64,000 bases of DNA. Origin: Octopus vulgaris. Taxonomy: Eukaryota. Position 1 is the first letter of the stretch. Every line of letters starts with the position of its first letter. Below the pieces are notes generated by a model. It made no database searches and was not told the origin of the DNA. It saw nothing but the letters and a program-made list of their open reading frames with translations. This document shows positions 42,482-57,963 of the stretch, piece after piece. Position numbers and translations under genes: made by a program. Location of the stretch: positions 8,060,001 through 8,124,000 of the forward strand of contig OX597826.1 of assembly GCA_951406725.2 (NCBI GenBank), given 5' to 3'.

Positions 42482-42938
42482 CTGTATGTAAGTATATACA
42501 TTTATACCATATATACATGGATACATGTATGCATATAGGTTTGGGTGTATATGCATGTCTGAGTATTATGTATAAATATATGTAAGTGGGTGTTTATGTA
42601 TGTAACGTATAATTTCTATATACATTGATTTGTGTTCATCTATATAAATATATACATACACATATATACATGTATGTAATTATTAAAGATTATATGACTT
42701 ATAGTGTGTAAATTTTCTATCACATTTTATTTTGTATATTTTTTTACTGCTCAGATTTTTTACTTCAAGAATATAGTTTTCTTATATTTTCCTTCCATTT
42801 TGTTTGATTCATCGGTTACATTTTCAAACGGTTGAAATCGTCTTTGAAATTGAACGTATTTATTTTAGTTTTTATTTATATTTAGTTATATATATAGTAC
42901 ACACAGACACAGATACACATATAATATATATATTCTTG

Positions 42939-42979
<41 letters not shown>

Positions 42980-42982
42980 TTG

Positions 42983-43034
<52 letters not shown>

Positions 43035-43450
43035 TGTATTAGTTAAAATCACAAATGTGTGTAGTTGTAAAAGCGACACCATATATGTCCTCGTTGAGTT
43101 GTTAGTGGCTATAGTTTTGTTGTCAATATAAAATACTTAGATATAGTGTCATAACAATGTACATACAATATACTGAAAAGAAAAGAAATAAAATTGTGCA
43201 GAAATACATAGATATGTGCGCATAAGTAACACTGATAAGAACTAGATACGATGTAATTATGTAATTGGCGAAATGTGGTGTCGGTATGTACGTCAACATA
43301 TACACTCAAACATACATATAAATAGTGAGAGAGATTCAGAAGAATATGGTACTTAAGTTGAATACACCAGAATTTAATATGGTATTATCCATACAATTTC
43401 AAAATAAAGTGATTAAAATCAAAATAAGCAACAAGGATATCCAGAAGTAA

Positions 43451-43542
43451 TGCAGTACGATCGTTTCATGCGACTCCATTTAATTGAACAATGCAATCGT
43501 TTCACTACATCAATTTAAAATATAGAGCAATCTTCAGATACA
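43451..43542 (-). ncRNA. Decayed type I hammerhead in a probable pLTR fragment (~43320-43575)
   Basis: Minus strand: TGTAT-CTGAAGA-TTGC...GCAT-GAAA-CGATCG-TA-CTGCA; palindromic helix III ACGATCGT; helix I has a mismatch next to the core. Confidence 0.55.
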
Positions 43543-43591
43543 GAAAGACATAGAATTTTATTAAATTGGCACACGTTAGTATTATATATAT

Positions 43592-43671
<80 letters not shown>

Positions 43672-43672
43672 T

Positions 43673-43712
<40 letters not shown>

Positions 43713-44567
43713 TATATTAGGATGTATATATTCATTCTCATCACGCTCGTGCAGATTCGGACTTGAATGCGCTTGTCGCTGTGTTTCGGCAGCGAAAAGC
43801 ATTTTCGTGTCCACGTCCAATGCAACGTCTTTCGAATAAATATATACACACGTCATTGCTTTAATTCTCGCTGTTTTCCTTGCTCATAACCATTTAATAT
43901 CAGTTTGGCAAGTCTGTGAACACGCGAACAGGTATTTTGTTTGCCTATTTGTTGAATTTTATAAATAATAACAATTGCTCTCTTTTGTAACTTCAGACAT
44001 CTGGGCAGTGTTTTTCACTGATGGGGAACAATCGTGCCGAAACCACCAGATATAAGAATCCTCTACGTCTCTAACGCGTGTTTAGTGTAAATGCTCAGTA
44101 TTTCAAGGGAGGATTAATTCTTTATAGAAGGACAACAATAGTGAAGATACGTTCACTTCTGAAGGAACTCAGTTGCAACCACGCCACCTTTACTCTTTAT
44201 ACTCCATTACATGTGAGCCAATCTATACTTTGTGAATTTGGTAGGCAAAAACTGTAAGAAAGCCCGTCGTGTGTATGTGTGTGTGTGTGTTTGGTTTTAG
44301 TATTTCAGTTTGTTAATAGTACTCTTTTACTCTTTATGAACTTTTACTTGTTTCAGTCATTTGACTGCTGCCATGCTGGAGCACAGCCTTTAGTGGAGCA
44401 AATCGACCGCAGGACTTATTCTTGTGCCTGTGTGTAGTGCATGCGTGTATGAAGTGTACCATGTGGTTGGCAAGCAAGCTACTTACCACACAGCCACTCC
44501 TAGTAACACGTGTCAACTTGTTACTAGTTTTGTTACTACGTTTTAGATTAATAGCTTCAGAAACGTA

Positions 44568-44775
44568 AGGCAGCAAGCTAACAGCATCTTGAGCACACCG
44601 GACAGAATACTTAGCGATGTTTCGTCTGTCTTTACGTTCTGCGTTCAAATTCTGCCGAGGTCGACTTTGCCTTTCATCCTTGCGGGGTCGATAAAAGTCC
44701 AGCTATTTATTGGCACCGATGTAATCGACTTGCCCCTTTCCACAAAACTGCTGTCCTTATGCCAAAATTTGTAGC
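44568..44775 (+). mobile_element. Family-A SINE
   Basis: Head and core match. Confidence 0.8.
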
Positions 44776-44831
44776 CAGTATCTTAAGATGTAGGAGTTAA
44801 TACATAAAGGACCAACATATACGTATGAGTG

Positions 44832-44891
<60 letters not shown>

Positions 44892-44959
44892 TGTGTGTCT
44901 GTGTGCGTGTGTGTGTGTGTGAAGTGTATGAAGTGTATGCAGCTATATTCCTTCTAAAT

Positions 44960-45480
44960 CAGTGATCCTTAGCTGAGGTCCATATAGCCCCCGAGGGTTC
45001 ATATAATATGTTGGGGGCCCATGTAACAAAATAGCAAATTGAGGACCACAATAGTATCTTAAGGGGCCCTGAAAAACTTTGGCTTTAGATGTATGTATTG
45101 CCAACAGTTTACTAAGTTCAACCTACGCAAGTGAATGTGTGATAACTAAATTAGGAATTTTTAATGAAGTTTTTATAAAACTAGTTTTCAAACATTGAAT
45201 GTCTATGAGAGTTTACCAGAATAAAATAATAAAAAAAAGGCGTCCAGAGAAAAAAATTTGAGAAACCCTGATCTTAAGGGACCCTGAAAAACTTTGGCTT
45301 TAGATGTATGTATTGACAACAGTTTACTAAGTTCAACCTACGCAAGTGAATGTGAGATAACTAAATTAGGATATTTTAATAAGTTTCTATAAAACTAGTT
45401 TTCAAAAATTGAATGTCAATGAGAGTTCACCTAATTAAAATAATAAACAAAGGGGTCCAGAGAAAGAAATGTTGTTAAAG
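44960..45480 (+). mobile_element. hAT/Charlie-like MITE (44960-45270) followed by a tandem duplicate of its 3' two-thirds
   Basis: Ends CAGTGATCCT.../...TTGAGAAACCCTG; ATCTTAAGGG.CCCTGAAAAACTTTGGC... occurs at both 45056 and 45271. Confidence 0.6.
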
Positions 45481-45488
45481 AGCGTACG

Positions 45489-45724
45489 TGTATGTATGTA
45501 TGTATGTATGTATGTATGTATGTATGTATGTATGTATGTATGTATGTATGTATGTATGTATGTGTGTATAGGATGTATGTATGTATGTATGTGTGTATAG
45601 GATGTATGTATGTATGTATGTATGTATGTATGTATGTATGTATGTATGTATGTGTGTATAGGATGTATGTATGTATGTAGGTATGTATGTATGTATGTAT
45701 GTATGTGTGTATAGGATGTATATG

Positions 45725-45758
<34 letters not shown>

Positions 45759-46340
45759 TGTATGTATGTATGTATGTATGTGTGTGTGTCTCTGTATGAA
45801 TGTATGTACGTACGTATATATGTATGTACATAGGTACGTATGTATGTATATATGTACATATGTATGTACGTATAAATGTATGTACGTATATATGCGTGTG
45901 TGTGCATGTATGTATATGCGTATGTATGTATATACGTATGTATGTACGTATGTGTGTATATATGTATGTATGTACGTATGTATGTATATATGTATGTACG
46001 TACGTATATATGTACTTACGTATGTATGTATGTACATATGTATGTATATATGTATGTACGTACGTATATATGTACTTATGTATGTATGTATGTATGTATG
46101 TATGTATGCGTGTATGTATGTATGTATGTATATAAGTACGCATATATGTATGTATGCGTGTGTGTGTGTATGTAGGTATGTATGTATGCATGTACGTTCG
46201 TACCTACGTATGTATGTATATACATGTGTGTGTGAGTGTATATATGTATGTATATATTTCATGTGTCTGGATGAGTTTCTATGCATCTATGTTTGTGTGT
46301 GTGTGTGTATATATATATGTATGCATGTATGCATGTATAA
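45489..46340. repeat. (TATG)n-based compound microsatellite
   Basis: Direct reading. Confidence 0.95.
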
Positions 46341-46802
46341 ATGCAAGTACGAGACAAAATGTATGATTGTACATCTGGATCGATGAATTGTGTATATAAA
46401 TACATGTGTGTGCGTTTGTGTGTGTTTGTGGGTATTTGTATGTTCGTATATATATGTGTGCGTACTTAGCGAAAGTGTAAGTAGCTGTGTATGTATGTAT
46501 GTATGTATGTATGTATGTATGTATGTATGTATGCGCCAATGATGTATTATGTGTATGTGCGTGCCTTAGTGTGTGTGAGTGTGTGTGTGTTTGTGTGTGT
46601 GTGTTAGCGTGTATGTTCGTCTGCTCGTATACATATGTGCTTGCGTGAACGTAAACATGTGTATGTATGTATATGTATACACACACACACATGCACACAT
46701 ACATATGCATACGTTTGCATACATGTTTGTATGAATGTGTATGTATATGTGTATAAATGCATGTGTATGTATATATACATATATACTTACATGCATATAA
46801 GC

Positions 46803-46833
<31 letters not shown>

Positions 46834-47405
46834 CAAGAACGCGTGCAAGCACACACACATACACACACATATATATATATATACACGTGCGTATGAATGT
46901 ATGTGTATGCATGTATAAATCTAATATGTGACTATAAGTCTGTATCGTTGTATTATGCATATGTGTGTGTGCGCGTGTATGTGTGTATATGCATATATGT
47001 GAGTGCGTGTGTGCGCGTGTATGTGTGTATATGCATATATGTATGCGTGTGTGTGTGTGTGTGTGTGTGCGAATGTATTTCAAACGCCTGCGAACACATA
47101 CGAGTTGGACGTATGACGAGGTTGTGTCTTTGATGCCTGACACTCGGTAATCGTCATCGTTTCCAAAAGGATCCCACCTGAGGCCCAACGTGCCATGAAT
47201 CACGGACGACAGACCTTAAAAGGGGGGGGGAGGAGTTTCGTTCTTGAGGTGAACAAAATTGAAGAACATCATAATGGCGAATCGAGAAGACTCGTCATTG
47301 TTTCCTTGTGGCAAAAATGAACTGGTCGTTTCTTCTTCTTCTTCTTCTTCTTCTTCTTCTTCTTCTTCTTCTTCTTCTTCTTCTTCTTCTTCTTCTTCTT
47401 CTTCT

Positions 47406-47440
<35 letters not shown>

Positions 47441-47463
47441 TTCTTCTTCTAATTCTTCTTCTT

Positions 47464-47514
<51 letters not shown>

Positions 47515-47553
47515 ACAACAACAGCACCACCACAACCACCACCACCACCCCCG

Positions 47554-47613
<60 letters not shown>

Positions 47614-47682
47614 TTACTACTACTAAAGCTACTACAACTACTGCTGCAGCAAATTTCTGTCAGACAGACAGGCAGACAGAAG

Positions 47683-47944
<262 letters not shown>

Positions 47945-48257
47945 GCGTTTATATGTGTGAAAGAAACAGAAACGTCTGTGCAATTATTTGTTTAATGTAT
48001 GAGAAAGTATAATTAAACACGTAAATAAAGACATTATAAGTCGTCACAACTAAAATTAGTACAAACACACAAAAACACACACACATACACACACACACAC
48101 ACACACAGATATATATATATATAATCATTAGCAAGTTATGTGACGGGAAGTTTTTCCCAACGAAGGAAGCAGGAAAAGTGCAAACGTCCAGTCACGCAAA
48201 TACGTTTGGCGCTAAAGTCCACAATTTACCCAAACAATTTCAGATGTAGGAAATATT

Positions 48258-48473
48258 GATTTTTAATTTTGGCACATGGCCAGTAACTTCGATGGAGGAG
48301 TTAAGTCTTTTACATCGGCCCCGTTTTTCAAGTACAACTTATTTTATCGACCCCGAAATGATGAAGAAAAAAATTTAACCTTGGTGGAATTTGAACTCTG
48401 AACTTAAAGGACACACGATATACCGCGAAGAATTTTGCCAGCCGTGTTAACGATTCGGCCAGCTCGCTGCCTT
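48258..48473 (-). mobile_element. Family-A SINE (diverged)
   Basis: TCGACCCCGAAATGATGAAG...GCCAGCTCGCTGCC. Confidence 0.75.
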
Positions 48474-48509
48474 AAATTAAGTTAAATTCTTTTCAAATTT
48501 TGGCACAAG

Positions 48510-48790
48510 GTGTATGAAGTGTATGCAGCTATATTCCGTCTAAATCAGTGATCCTCAACTGAGGTCCATATAGCTCCTGAGGGTTCGTATAAGATGCTGG
48601 GAGCCCATGTAACAAAATAGCAAATTGGGGACCACAGTTGTATTTTAAAGGCCCCCGAAAAAAATTGCTTTAGATGTATGTATTGGTATATATTGGTAGA
48701 AACAGCTAGGTTTCTTTTTCTAACATTTTACATGGTTCTCAACTGGCTTCATATAAAAATTTGGGGATCCATGTAACAAAATATTAATTT
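48510..48790 (+). mobile_element. Second partial copy of the hAT-like MITE plus its upstream flank
   Basis: GTGTATGAAGTGTATGCAGCTATATTCC.TCTAAAT-CAGTGATCCT matches 44924-44970. Confidence 0.65.
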
Positions 48791-49222
48791 GGGCAGCGAG
48801 CTATAAGAAACGTTAACACGGTTGGTCAAAATTCTTCGCAGCATTTCGTGTGGATTACATCGACCTCAATGCTCAACATGGCGTGGTAGAGATGCTCCAA
48901 GCAGAGACATCGGGATCGTATATATCATTCCTCTAAGATAAAAACTTGCTAGTTACTACTCCAACGTGTCGATTAAACACGCAGGTACGCAGATACCTGT
49001 ATAATAAAAGCGCAGGTACCTCTGCATCCTGATAGACTCATTCTGACATATGTTATACATTTGTTAATTCTGGGATCCATAAAATATATAGCATAATCAG
49101 TTGGTTAATTTCCTTCTCGTAGAAAGTTTCGGTCACGTGTCGTTGTAAGAAATAAATTTAACTTTTCTCCTTCTTCTCTGTTCCACTCTTACTCTCCCTC
49201 CCTCCTTCCCTCCCGCTATCTT

Positions 49223-49283
<61 letters not shown>

Positions 49284-49328
49284 TTCTTTCTCTCTCTCTC
49301 TCTGTCTCTCTCTCTCTCTATCTCTCTC

Positions 49329-49404
<76 letters not shown>

Positions 49405-49712
49405 CATGAATGCCTACATCTAAAGTATACCAATTTAGACACAATCGCCATTACGAAATTTTATTGCTTACATAGACACGTGCCTTTAAACGTAGATATA
49501 TTAAAATGCATGTACATGCATGCATGTATATATGCACACACACACACACGCACACATCTATATATACATACAAATATATATATATATGTGTGTGTGTGTA
49601 TGTGCATGTATATGTAGGTAGGCAGATATGTATGTTTCAATATTCTTGTACATGAGTATATTCACAGACAATCCCCATACTTGCAAACATGCATACATAC
49701 ACAGATGCACAC

Positions 49713-49743
<31 letters not shown>

Positions 49744-50214
49744 CATACATACATACATGCACATATGTGTGTGTGAATGTGTGTGCGTGTGTGTGTGCGT
49801 GTGTACGTAAGACCAGAATTTCCCTATTACCGCGCGTTCTTCATATAAAACATCTTGCTGTCGTCTTAGCTGAATTTGATCCATTGAACTCTTTACAGTT
49901 GAAAGTGTTCCTTGAGGGAGTCAGTTCTGCTCCTTATTAGATTGAGAATCAATAAGAAAGTTTCGAAACAAAAGTCAACGGACGCCTCTGCCGACATCGT
50001 CTCTGCGCATGTTTCATTGCTTCTGCATTTCTCACAAGCCTCGTTCGTCGTGCAGCCAAATCAGGTGAAGGATAAAACTTTTTGCTTTTGCCGTTTTATT
50101 AGTCTTTCTTTGACACGGCTATTCAAACGCCAACCAGCCTTCCATACTAACGACACGTCATAGACTGTAAAATGTTAATAATAAGAACAACAACGGTAAG
50201 AACAACAGCAGTAT

Positions 50215-50257
<43 letters not shown>

Positions 50258-50258
50258 G

Positions 50259-50320
<62 letters not shown>

Positions 50321-50393
50321 ACTAATGCTTCTGCTACTGCTGCTACTACAAATGCTGCTGCAACTATACTACTATAAATACCACGAGTATAAC

Positions 50394-50452
<59 letters not shown>

Positions 50453-50465
50453 GTAATAATAATGA

Positions 50466-50864
50466 TATCCTTCCTACTAAAGGTACAAGGCCTGAAAATT
50501 TGGGTAAGGGGACTAGTCGATTACATCGACCTCATTATTTTACTGGTACTTAATTTATCGATCCCAAAGAATGAGGTGCCAAGTCGACCACGACGGAATT
50601 TTAACTCAGATCGTAGCGACAGACGAAATACCTATTTCTTTACTACCCACATGGGGTTAAACACAGAGAGGACAAACAAAGACAGACAAATGGATTAAGT
50701 CGATTATATCGACCCCAGTGCGTAACTGGTACTTATTTAATCGACCCCGAAAGGCTGAAAGGCAAAGTCGACCTCGGCGGAATTTGAACTCAGAACGTAA
50801 CGGCAGATGAAGTACCGCTAAGCATTTCGCCCGGTGTGCTAACGTTTCTGCCAGCTCGCCGCCT
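50466..50864 (-). mobile_element. Family-A SINE, internally dimeric
   Basis: Head at 50864; core occurs twice. Confidence 0.85.
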
Positions 50865-51399
50865 TAAGAAAGAGAAATATTATGTCTTTAATGGTGTTCG
50901 AGTAAGAATTTTGAGCGGTTTTTCAGCTTCTGAAAATCTTTGTTCGCCTACTCCAATGTGAATAAGTCGGATTAATATGGTCCTGGGAAGCGACGTATTC
51001 ACGAGTTGGTTCGAGTAACTAGCTATACTCTCAAATAGCAGTGTATGTACAACATAGAAGAGAACTGATTAAAACGAGAGATTGTCTGGATATCGACTCA
51101 AATATCTGAACTTTGCTTGTCCAAACTAATTTTATAAGCTTGTCCTAAACATCCATGCCTCTTTTCAAACTTTTAGTTATTCCTTCTTACATGCGTTGTG
51201 AGGAATATAAAACTTCCTATCCATAAATCCCAAGCTACTCTGATAGTTGAAGAAAACTGGGAACATGTATTATATATAATGCATGGACACCAAGGAAATA
51301 TATTCTGTGTATCACACGTAACACATAAGACAGGTAAACGGTTAACTATTCTGACTACTTTATTTACAGATATTAAGAGCGAGTAGCAAACCGTTGAGA

Positions 51400-52504
51400 G
51401 GTATTATATGCGTGCGTCTATTGCTTCATATAGTAGTTAGAAAGTCTTTTCCAGATGATGATATGTATGACTCAAGATATTTGTAATCAGAAACCATATT
51501 TAAGGGCGCATTGTTGAGAGTGTGGATGATGCAATCACTGTTGGACAGGCACTTGTTTATGTATTCAGTCTTGGCCTCATTGAGGTAAAGACCTACACAA
51601 TTTGAGGCTTGTTCAAGAGATTGTAAAAGAGAATGGGCATTGGAGAGAGAATCACTGATAAGAGCGATGTCGTCAGCAAAGTCAGTGTCTGTCAGTACTG
51701 AGCTGGGTGTCTGGAACTTCTTCTTGGTTTTATTTCAAAGCCCTTGCCTAACTGGTAAGGGTATGGCCTGGTCAGCCTGTAGTGACATGCATAAGATCTG
51801 GTCATCAAATCTAAGTAGAGACTTCAAACTTGAAATCTTCAAAGCCACAGTCGAACCAATTCTACTATATGGCTCAGAAACCTGGACGTTATCAAAGAAG
51901 CTTGATAGGCGGTTGGATGGAACCTACACTCGCCTCCTTATGAGAGCTCAAAATCTCTCGTGGAAGGGTCATCCAACCAAAATGCAAATATATGGGAAAC
52001 TACCACCTGTGTCATCTCTTGTGAAAGGTAAGAGAGTCCAGTTTGCTGGACATTGTTGTAGAGCTGAAAAAGAGGTAATTTCTACTCTTCTCCTCTGGAA
52101 GCCATCTACTCGCAATACCAGAGGGCGCACACTCTCCTACCCTGATGTAATCTCCAGGGATACAGGCATCCAGCAACAGGACCTCCGTAATGCCATGATG
52201 GACCGTGAAGTCTGGCGTAGCATGGTAAATTCCATTGTCTCGACCACGGTCGAACAATGATGATGATGATCATATAGTAAGAGAATGGGGTGTTTTTCGT
52301 TTGACGCCGGTATTATATGTGTGCGTCTATTGCTTTATATAGTGAGAGAATGGGGTGTTTTCGTTTGACGCCGGTATTATATGTGTGCGTCTATTGCTTT
52401 ATATAGTGAGAGAATGGGGTGTGTTTTCGTTTGACGCCGGTATTTTATGTGTGCGTCTATTGCTTCATAAGGTAAGAGAATGGGGTGTTTTTCGTTTGAC
52501 GCCG
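51400..52504. repeat. ~64-bp minisatellite (about 4 units) interrupted by the RTE insertion
   Basis: Unit GGTATTATATGTGTGCGTCTATTGCTTYATATAGTRAGAGAATGGGGTGTTTTCGTTTGACGCC; the first unit is split between 51434 and 52271. Confidence 0.85.
51435..52270 (+). mobile_element. 5'-truncated, 5'-inverted RTE-type LINE with TSD
   Basis: Plus 51748-52260 encodes KGMAWSAC...ILLYGSETW...MDREVWR* followed by a (TGA)n tail. Minus 51435-51746 encodes the preceding RT segment (DTDFADDIAL...GLYLNEAKTE...YKYLES). TSD ~TCATATAGTA at 51426-35 and 52270-79. Confidence 0.9.
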
Positions 52505-53085
52505 TGAAAATGCAGCAGAGTATTTGACATATGTGTACTATCGAAGCACCGGACGTATTTATAGTTATAATGCTATGTAGGAGATGTGTGAAATGACAAT
52601 GCCAGCAACCATAAGCACCACAGAATACTATAACCGATAACTGGACGAATAAAAACGTCAGTAGTGACAGCAATAGGAAAGGCAATGAGAGAAGGCAATG
52701 AATATCTTCATACAACTATAGAGACTGTAATTGTTGACATCAAATCCAAGAACAAAAGGCTTTACACGATCGGAGCTGACTTTATGTTTCCTAACAACAA
52801 CAACAATAGCAACAACAACAACAACAACAATAGCACACAACAACAACAACAGCAACAACAACAACTGAAACAGCGGTAACGTGAATCGTGAACATCATCA
52901 ACGGATGTAGGTTCGCAGAGGAAGAAGACGACAATCAGGACATGAAGAACATCGACAACAGAGAAAGTAAAAAGAAGGCAATAAAGACAAGATAATAATA
53001 CTAATACTAATCCAATTACTAATATTAATACTACTAACAATATTGCTACTACTACTATTACTGCTAACAATAATAATACTAATAA

Positions 53086-53758
<673 letters not shown>

Positions 53759-54318
53759 ATAATAATAATAATAATAATAATAAGACATGTGGTCTTCTAC
53801 TCAGAGTGTGTTGACAATCACGGACCGTCTGACCAGTGGAAAGCATTCTTTACACAAAAAGGAAAGTAGACGTTCCAGTCCTGTCAGATTTGAACTGTTT
53901 TCATGGCAAAGCAGTCAGGCGCCAATAGATAACAGAGTGATGTAATTCGCCACCTCCGTTCGAAGACCCTTCAGAAGGGGCTTTCTTTCGATCCTCAGGG
54001 TCCAGAAATATAGTTCAAATTGTGAGTCCTTTCTGAAACAACAAAGCCAATCCAACTCCCGATCTCGGTCGATTCGGAATGCGTACACTTGTTAGACGAC
54101 GAAGATGGGAGCGAACGTTCATACCTCTAAAGTTCGGGTGTCGCTGATTGCCATTACATATATGTCTAGTGAACTGAGGTCATTGAGCAAATGACCTTGC
54201 TTCCAAGGTGGCGCCGGTCCATGTATATTCAAGCATCCTATCGTGAGTAAGGCTATGCTGGTTGTAAGGGAATGTGAGAAAGGACTTTTGCCTTATTCTT
54301 TGAAAGGAAAAGCAATTA

Positions 54319-54731
54319 AGGCATAGGAGTGGCTGTGTGGTAAGTAGCTTGCTTACCAACCACATGGTTCCGGGTTCAGTCCCACTGCGTGGCACCTTGG
54401 GCAAGTGTCTTCTACTATAGCCTCGGGCCGACCAAAGCCTTGTGAGTGGATTTGGTAGGCGGAAACTGAAAGAACCCCGTCGTATATGTGTATATATATA
54501 TATATATGTGTGTGTTTGTGTGTGTGTGTGTGTGTGTATCTGCGTTTGTCCCCCCAACATCGTTTGACAACCGATGTTGGTGTGTTTACGTCCCCGTAAC
54601 TGAGCGGTTCGGCAAAAGAGACCGATAGAATAAGTACTAGGCTTACAAAGAATAAGTCCTGGGGTCGATTTGCTCGACTAAAGGCGGTGCTCCAGGTATG
54701 GCCACAGTCAAATGACTGAAACAAGTAAAAA
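54319..54731 (+). mobile_element. Full-length tRNA-derived SINE with internal (TA)/(TG) microsatellite (reference copy, family B)
   Basis: A box TGGCTGTGTGG, B box GGTTCAGTCCC, CACCTTGGGCAAGT core, tail ...CAGTCAAATGACTGAAACAAGTAAAA. Other copies: -607-735, +1605-1945, -6322-6510, -8625-9364, +21005-21172, +33155-33280, +35452-35610, -39828-39988, -44340-44500, -55958-56313, -62200-63020. Confidence 0.9.
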
Positions 54732-55239
54732 GTTTAAAAAAGTAAGTAAAGTAATTATTGTGGTTGGTTTTGTTGTTGCTGTTGTTTCTATCGGCCTTAA
54801 TATCGGTGGTGATGTTCGAAGTTTGGCTGAAGACGGAGAAGACTGTATCGAATGTGCTGTTTTTATTGCTATTTACCTCCCTCCTGTACAGGCTTCGAGT
54901 TTTAAAAGAGTGGCAATTTCCAGGAAAAAATTATAAAATCTGCTCCAAAAGTTGAAAACAAAACGAAACTCAGAGGATCCTGATCATTTTACAAGGAGCT
55001 CACAGCAGATATTTTAAATATGAACTTTTAAAATAGTTACGATGAAATAAAATTTTACGACCAATTTAAGTGAGGATTAAAATCGATATACACCAGTTTT
55101 TCAGTGGTGTTTATCGATCTCTGTCAGGGTAAATGACAAATATAATTTCAGCAGGATGTGAACGCGAGGTGAGCAATTATGTACCGCAAATAATTTTGTC
55201 AGTCTGTCGACCAAAACGCACGGCAGATCATGACGGTTG

Positions 55240-55270
<31 letters not shown>

Positions 55271-55273
55271 ATA

Positions 55274-55348
<75 letters not shown>

Positions 55349-55437
55349 TGCTCTATCAATAATAATGGCTTCTTTATTGACCACAAAGGGTTTACATTCA
55401 GAAAAACATTATGGACAGTACGGGACAAAACAAAGTA

Positions 55438-55483
<46 letters not shown>

Positions 55484-55918
55484 TGTGGGCGCGCGCGCGT
55501 TGTGAGGGATTTGCGTATAAACAACATTAAACATAATGAAAAGAATTATTCAACGATGTGTAACCCTCAATAGGGTGTAGACGTTTGAGGTTTGCTCATA
55601 GAAAACCCCCATAAAAACTATGGGTGCCCTGTCTTTTGAGGTAGGTGCCTTTTCTCCGTTCCTTTTATTCAACTACAGCCATATGCTCAGTGCAGACCCG
55701 TTCAGTGGCACCATTCTCAACAATAATTCAACCAGACGTTGCATTACAAATAGTTCGACACCAAAAACTGTAACATCAACAACAGCAAGAAATAAAGATG
55801 TCAGTCTCATGTAGATTAACAGTCAATAGTTATGGCGGAATTGCTACGTAGAATCATACATATACAGATACATATGTATGCATAAATATATATTGGTACA
55901 TAACCTACGTACATACAA

Positions 55919-55958
<40 letters not shown>

Positions 55959-56654
55959 TCTTTTACTTGTTTCAGTCATTTGACTGTGGCCGTGCTGGAG
56001 TATCGGATTTAGTCGAAGAAATCGATCCCAGGACTTTGTAAGCCTAGTACTTATTCTGTCGGTGTCTTTTACCGAACAGCTAGATTTCGGAGACGTAACT
56101 ACACCAACATCGGTTGTCAAGCGACAGCGGGAGGACAAACACACATGCACACACGCACACACACACACACACATAAATATATACATATATATACATACGA
56201 CGGGTTTCTTTCAGTTTCCGTCAAACAAATCTACTTGAAGACCCTTGCCCAAGGTGCTACACAGCGGGACTGAACCTGAAACCATGTGTTTGGAAGGCAA
56301 GCGTTTTACCACACGTGTACATATAGATACGGACACAAATTAACTGATTGAAAGATGAAAAAAGGATTAAAATAAATATGAATTTTTTTTTTCATTTTGA
56401 ATAAAAACCGCAACACGAGGAAGGAAAGACAAGGTATTAGAAATACGTAATACATTCCCTGTGTGTGTATGAATATATATCTGTAAATATGTATGCGTGT
56501 GTGTGTGTGTGTGTATGCACCCAAAAATCAGTTGACAATGGCCAAAACAAATAAGAAAATAAGTGATAGCGTTGACAAATGAGAAAAGAAACGAAAATGC
56601 TGCTGCTTCTACGACTACTAAAATTACTGCTGCTGCTCCCACTGTAGTAGTAGC

Positions 56655-56697
<43 letters not shown>

Positions 56698-57405
56698 ATA
56701 CTGCTGCTGTTGTGCAACCTCTGCTACTAAGAAGAAGAAGAAGAACAACAACAACAAGGATATGAAGAAGAAGAAGAAGAAGAAGAAGAAGAAGAAGAAG
56801 AAGAAGAAGAAGAAGAAGAAGAAGAAGAAAAAGAAGACGAAGAAGAAGAAGAAAAAGAAGAAGGAGAAGCAGAAGAAGAAGGAGGAGAAAGAAGAGGAGC
56901 TGGAGGAGGAGAAGAAGAAGAAGAAGAAAAAGAAGAAAATCATTGATAACAACTGCAACAACAGTAATAATCATCATCATAATAAAAACCATAATAATAA
57001 TAATAATAATAAACTAAACAACAAATGAAAGAGGGGTTTTATAGAAACAATAGAGATGTCGCAAAAAAAAATGTCTAATAAACAGGAAAAACAAGAAGAA
57101 AAACAAATAAATATGGCGCAGATTTCGTTAATTTAACGACCAAAAAAAAAAAAAAAATACAAGAGACTTGTAATCTAGCCGAGGCGAGCAGCTGGTGTGA
57201 AATGATTGAGCAGACGACTTCAATGTTTAATGTATTGTTTAGAAGTAAAGGCAGCTTAGAATAACAAGAAACACAAGATTTGCTGCTAGTTTAGGTGCTG
57301 GACATAGGGTGGTGGTGGTGGTGGTGGTGGTGGTGGTTGGCTGCGGTGGTAATGGTGGTGGGTGCGGTAGTGGTGGTGGTGGTGGTGGTGGTGGCGGCGG
57401 CGGCG

Positions 57406-57456
<51 letters not shown>

Positions 57457-57572
57457 AAAAGTAGTAGTAATAGCAGTAACAGTAGCAGTAGTAGTAGTAG
57501 TAAAAAGTAGTAGTAAGAGTAGTAGCAGTAGAAGTAGTAGTAGTAAAATGTAGTAAAAAGTAGTAGTTGTAA

Positions 57573-57617
<45 letters not shown>

Positions 57618-57708
57618 CTGACGTCTCCGTTGAGTGTTGTGTATTGATGTTCGTTGTTTGACAGATGAGAAAAGATAAGCATGTGCCCTTGTATGCATTC
57701 TATCATTG

Positions 57709-57766
<58 letters not shown>

Positions 57767-57907
57767 CATCATTATTGCTTTTTTTTATTCTAAAGTGCTA
57801 TTTATAAATGCCCATCGACTATAAATCCTGACCATCATCTCGTAGACGGACCAAATGGAATATTCAAGCCATATAAATACGTATGTGTGCATATATGTAT
57901 ATATATA

Positions 57908-57963
<56 letters not shown>

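Noticed and set aside
51640-52260. 206-aa host gene
   Set aside because: Chimeric frame running from antisense RT into the sense RTE C-terminus across the inversion.
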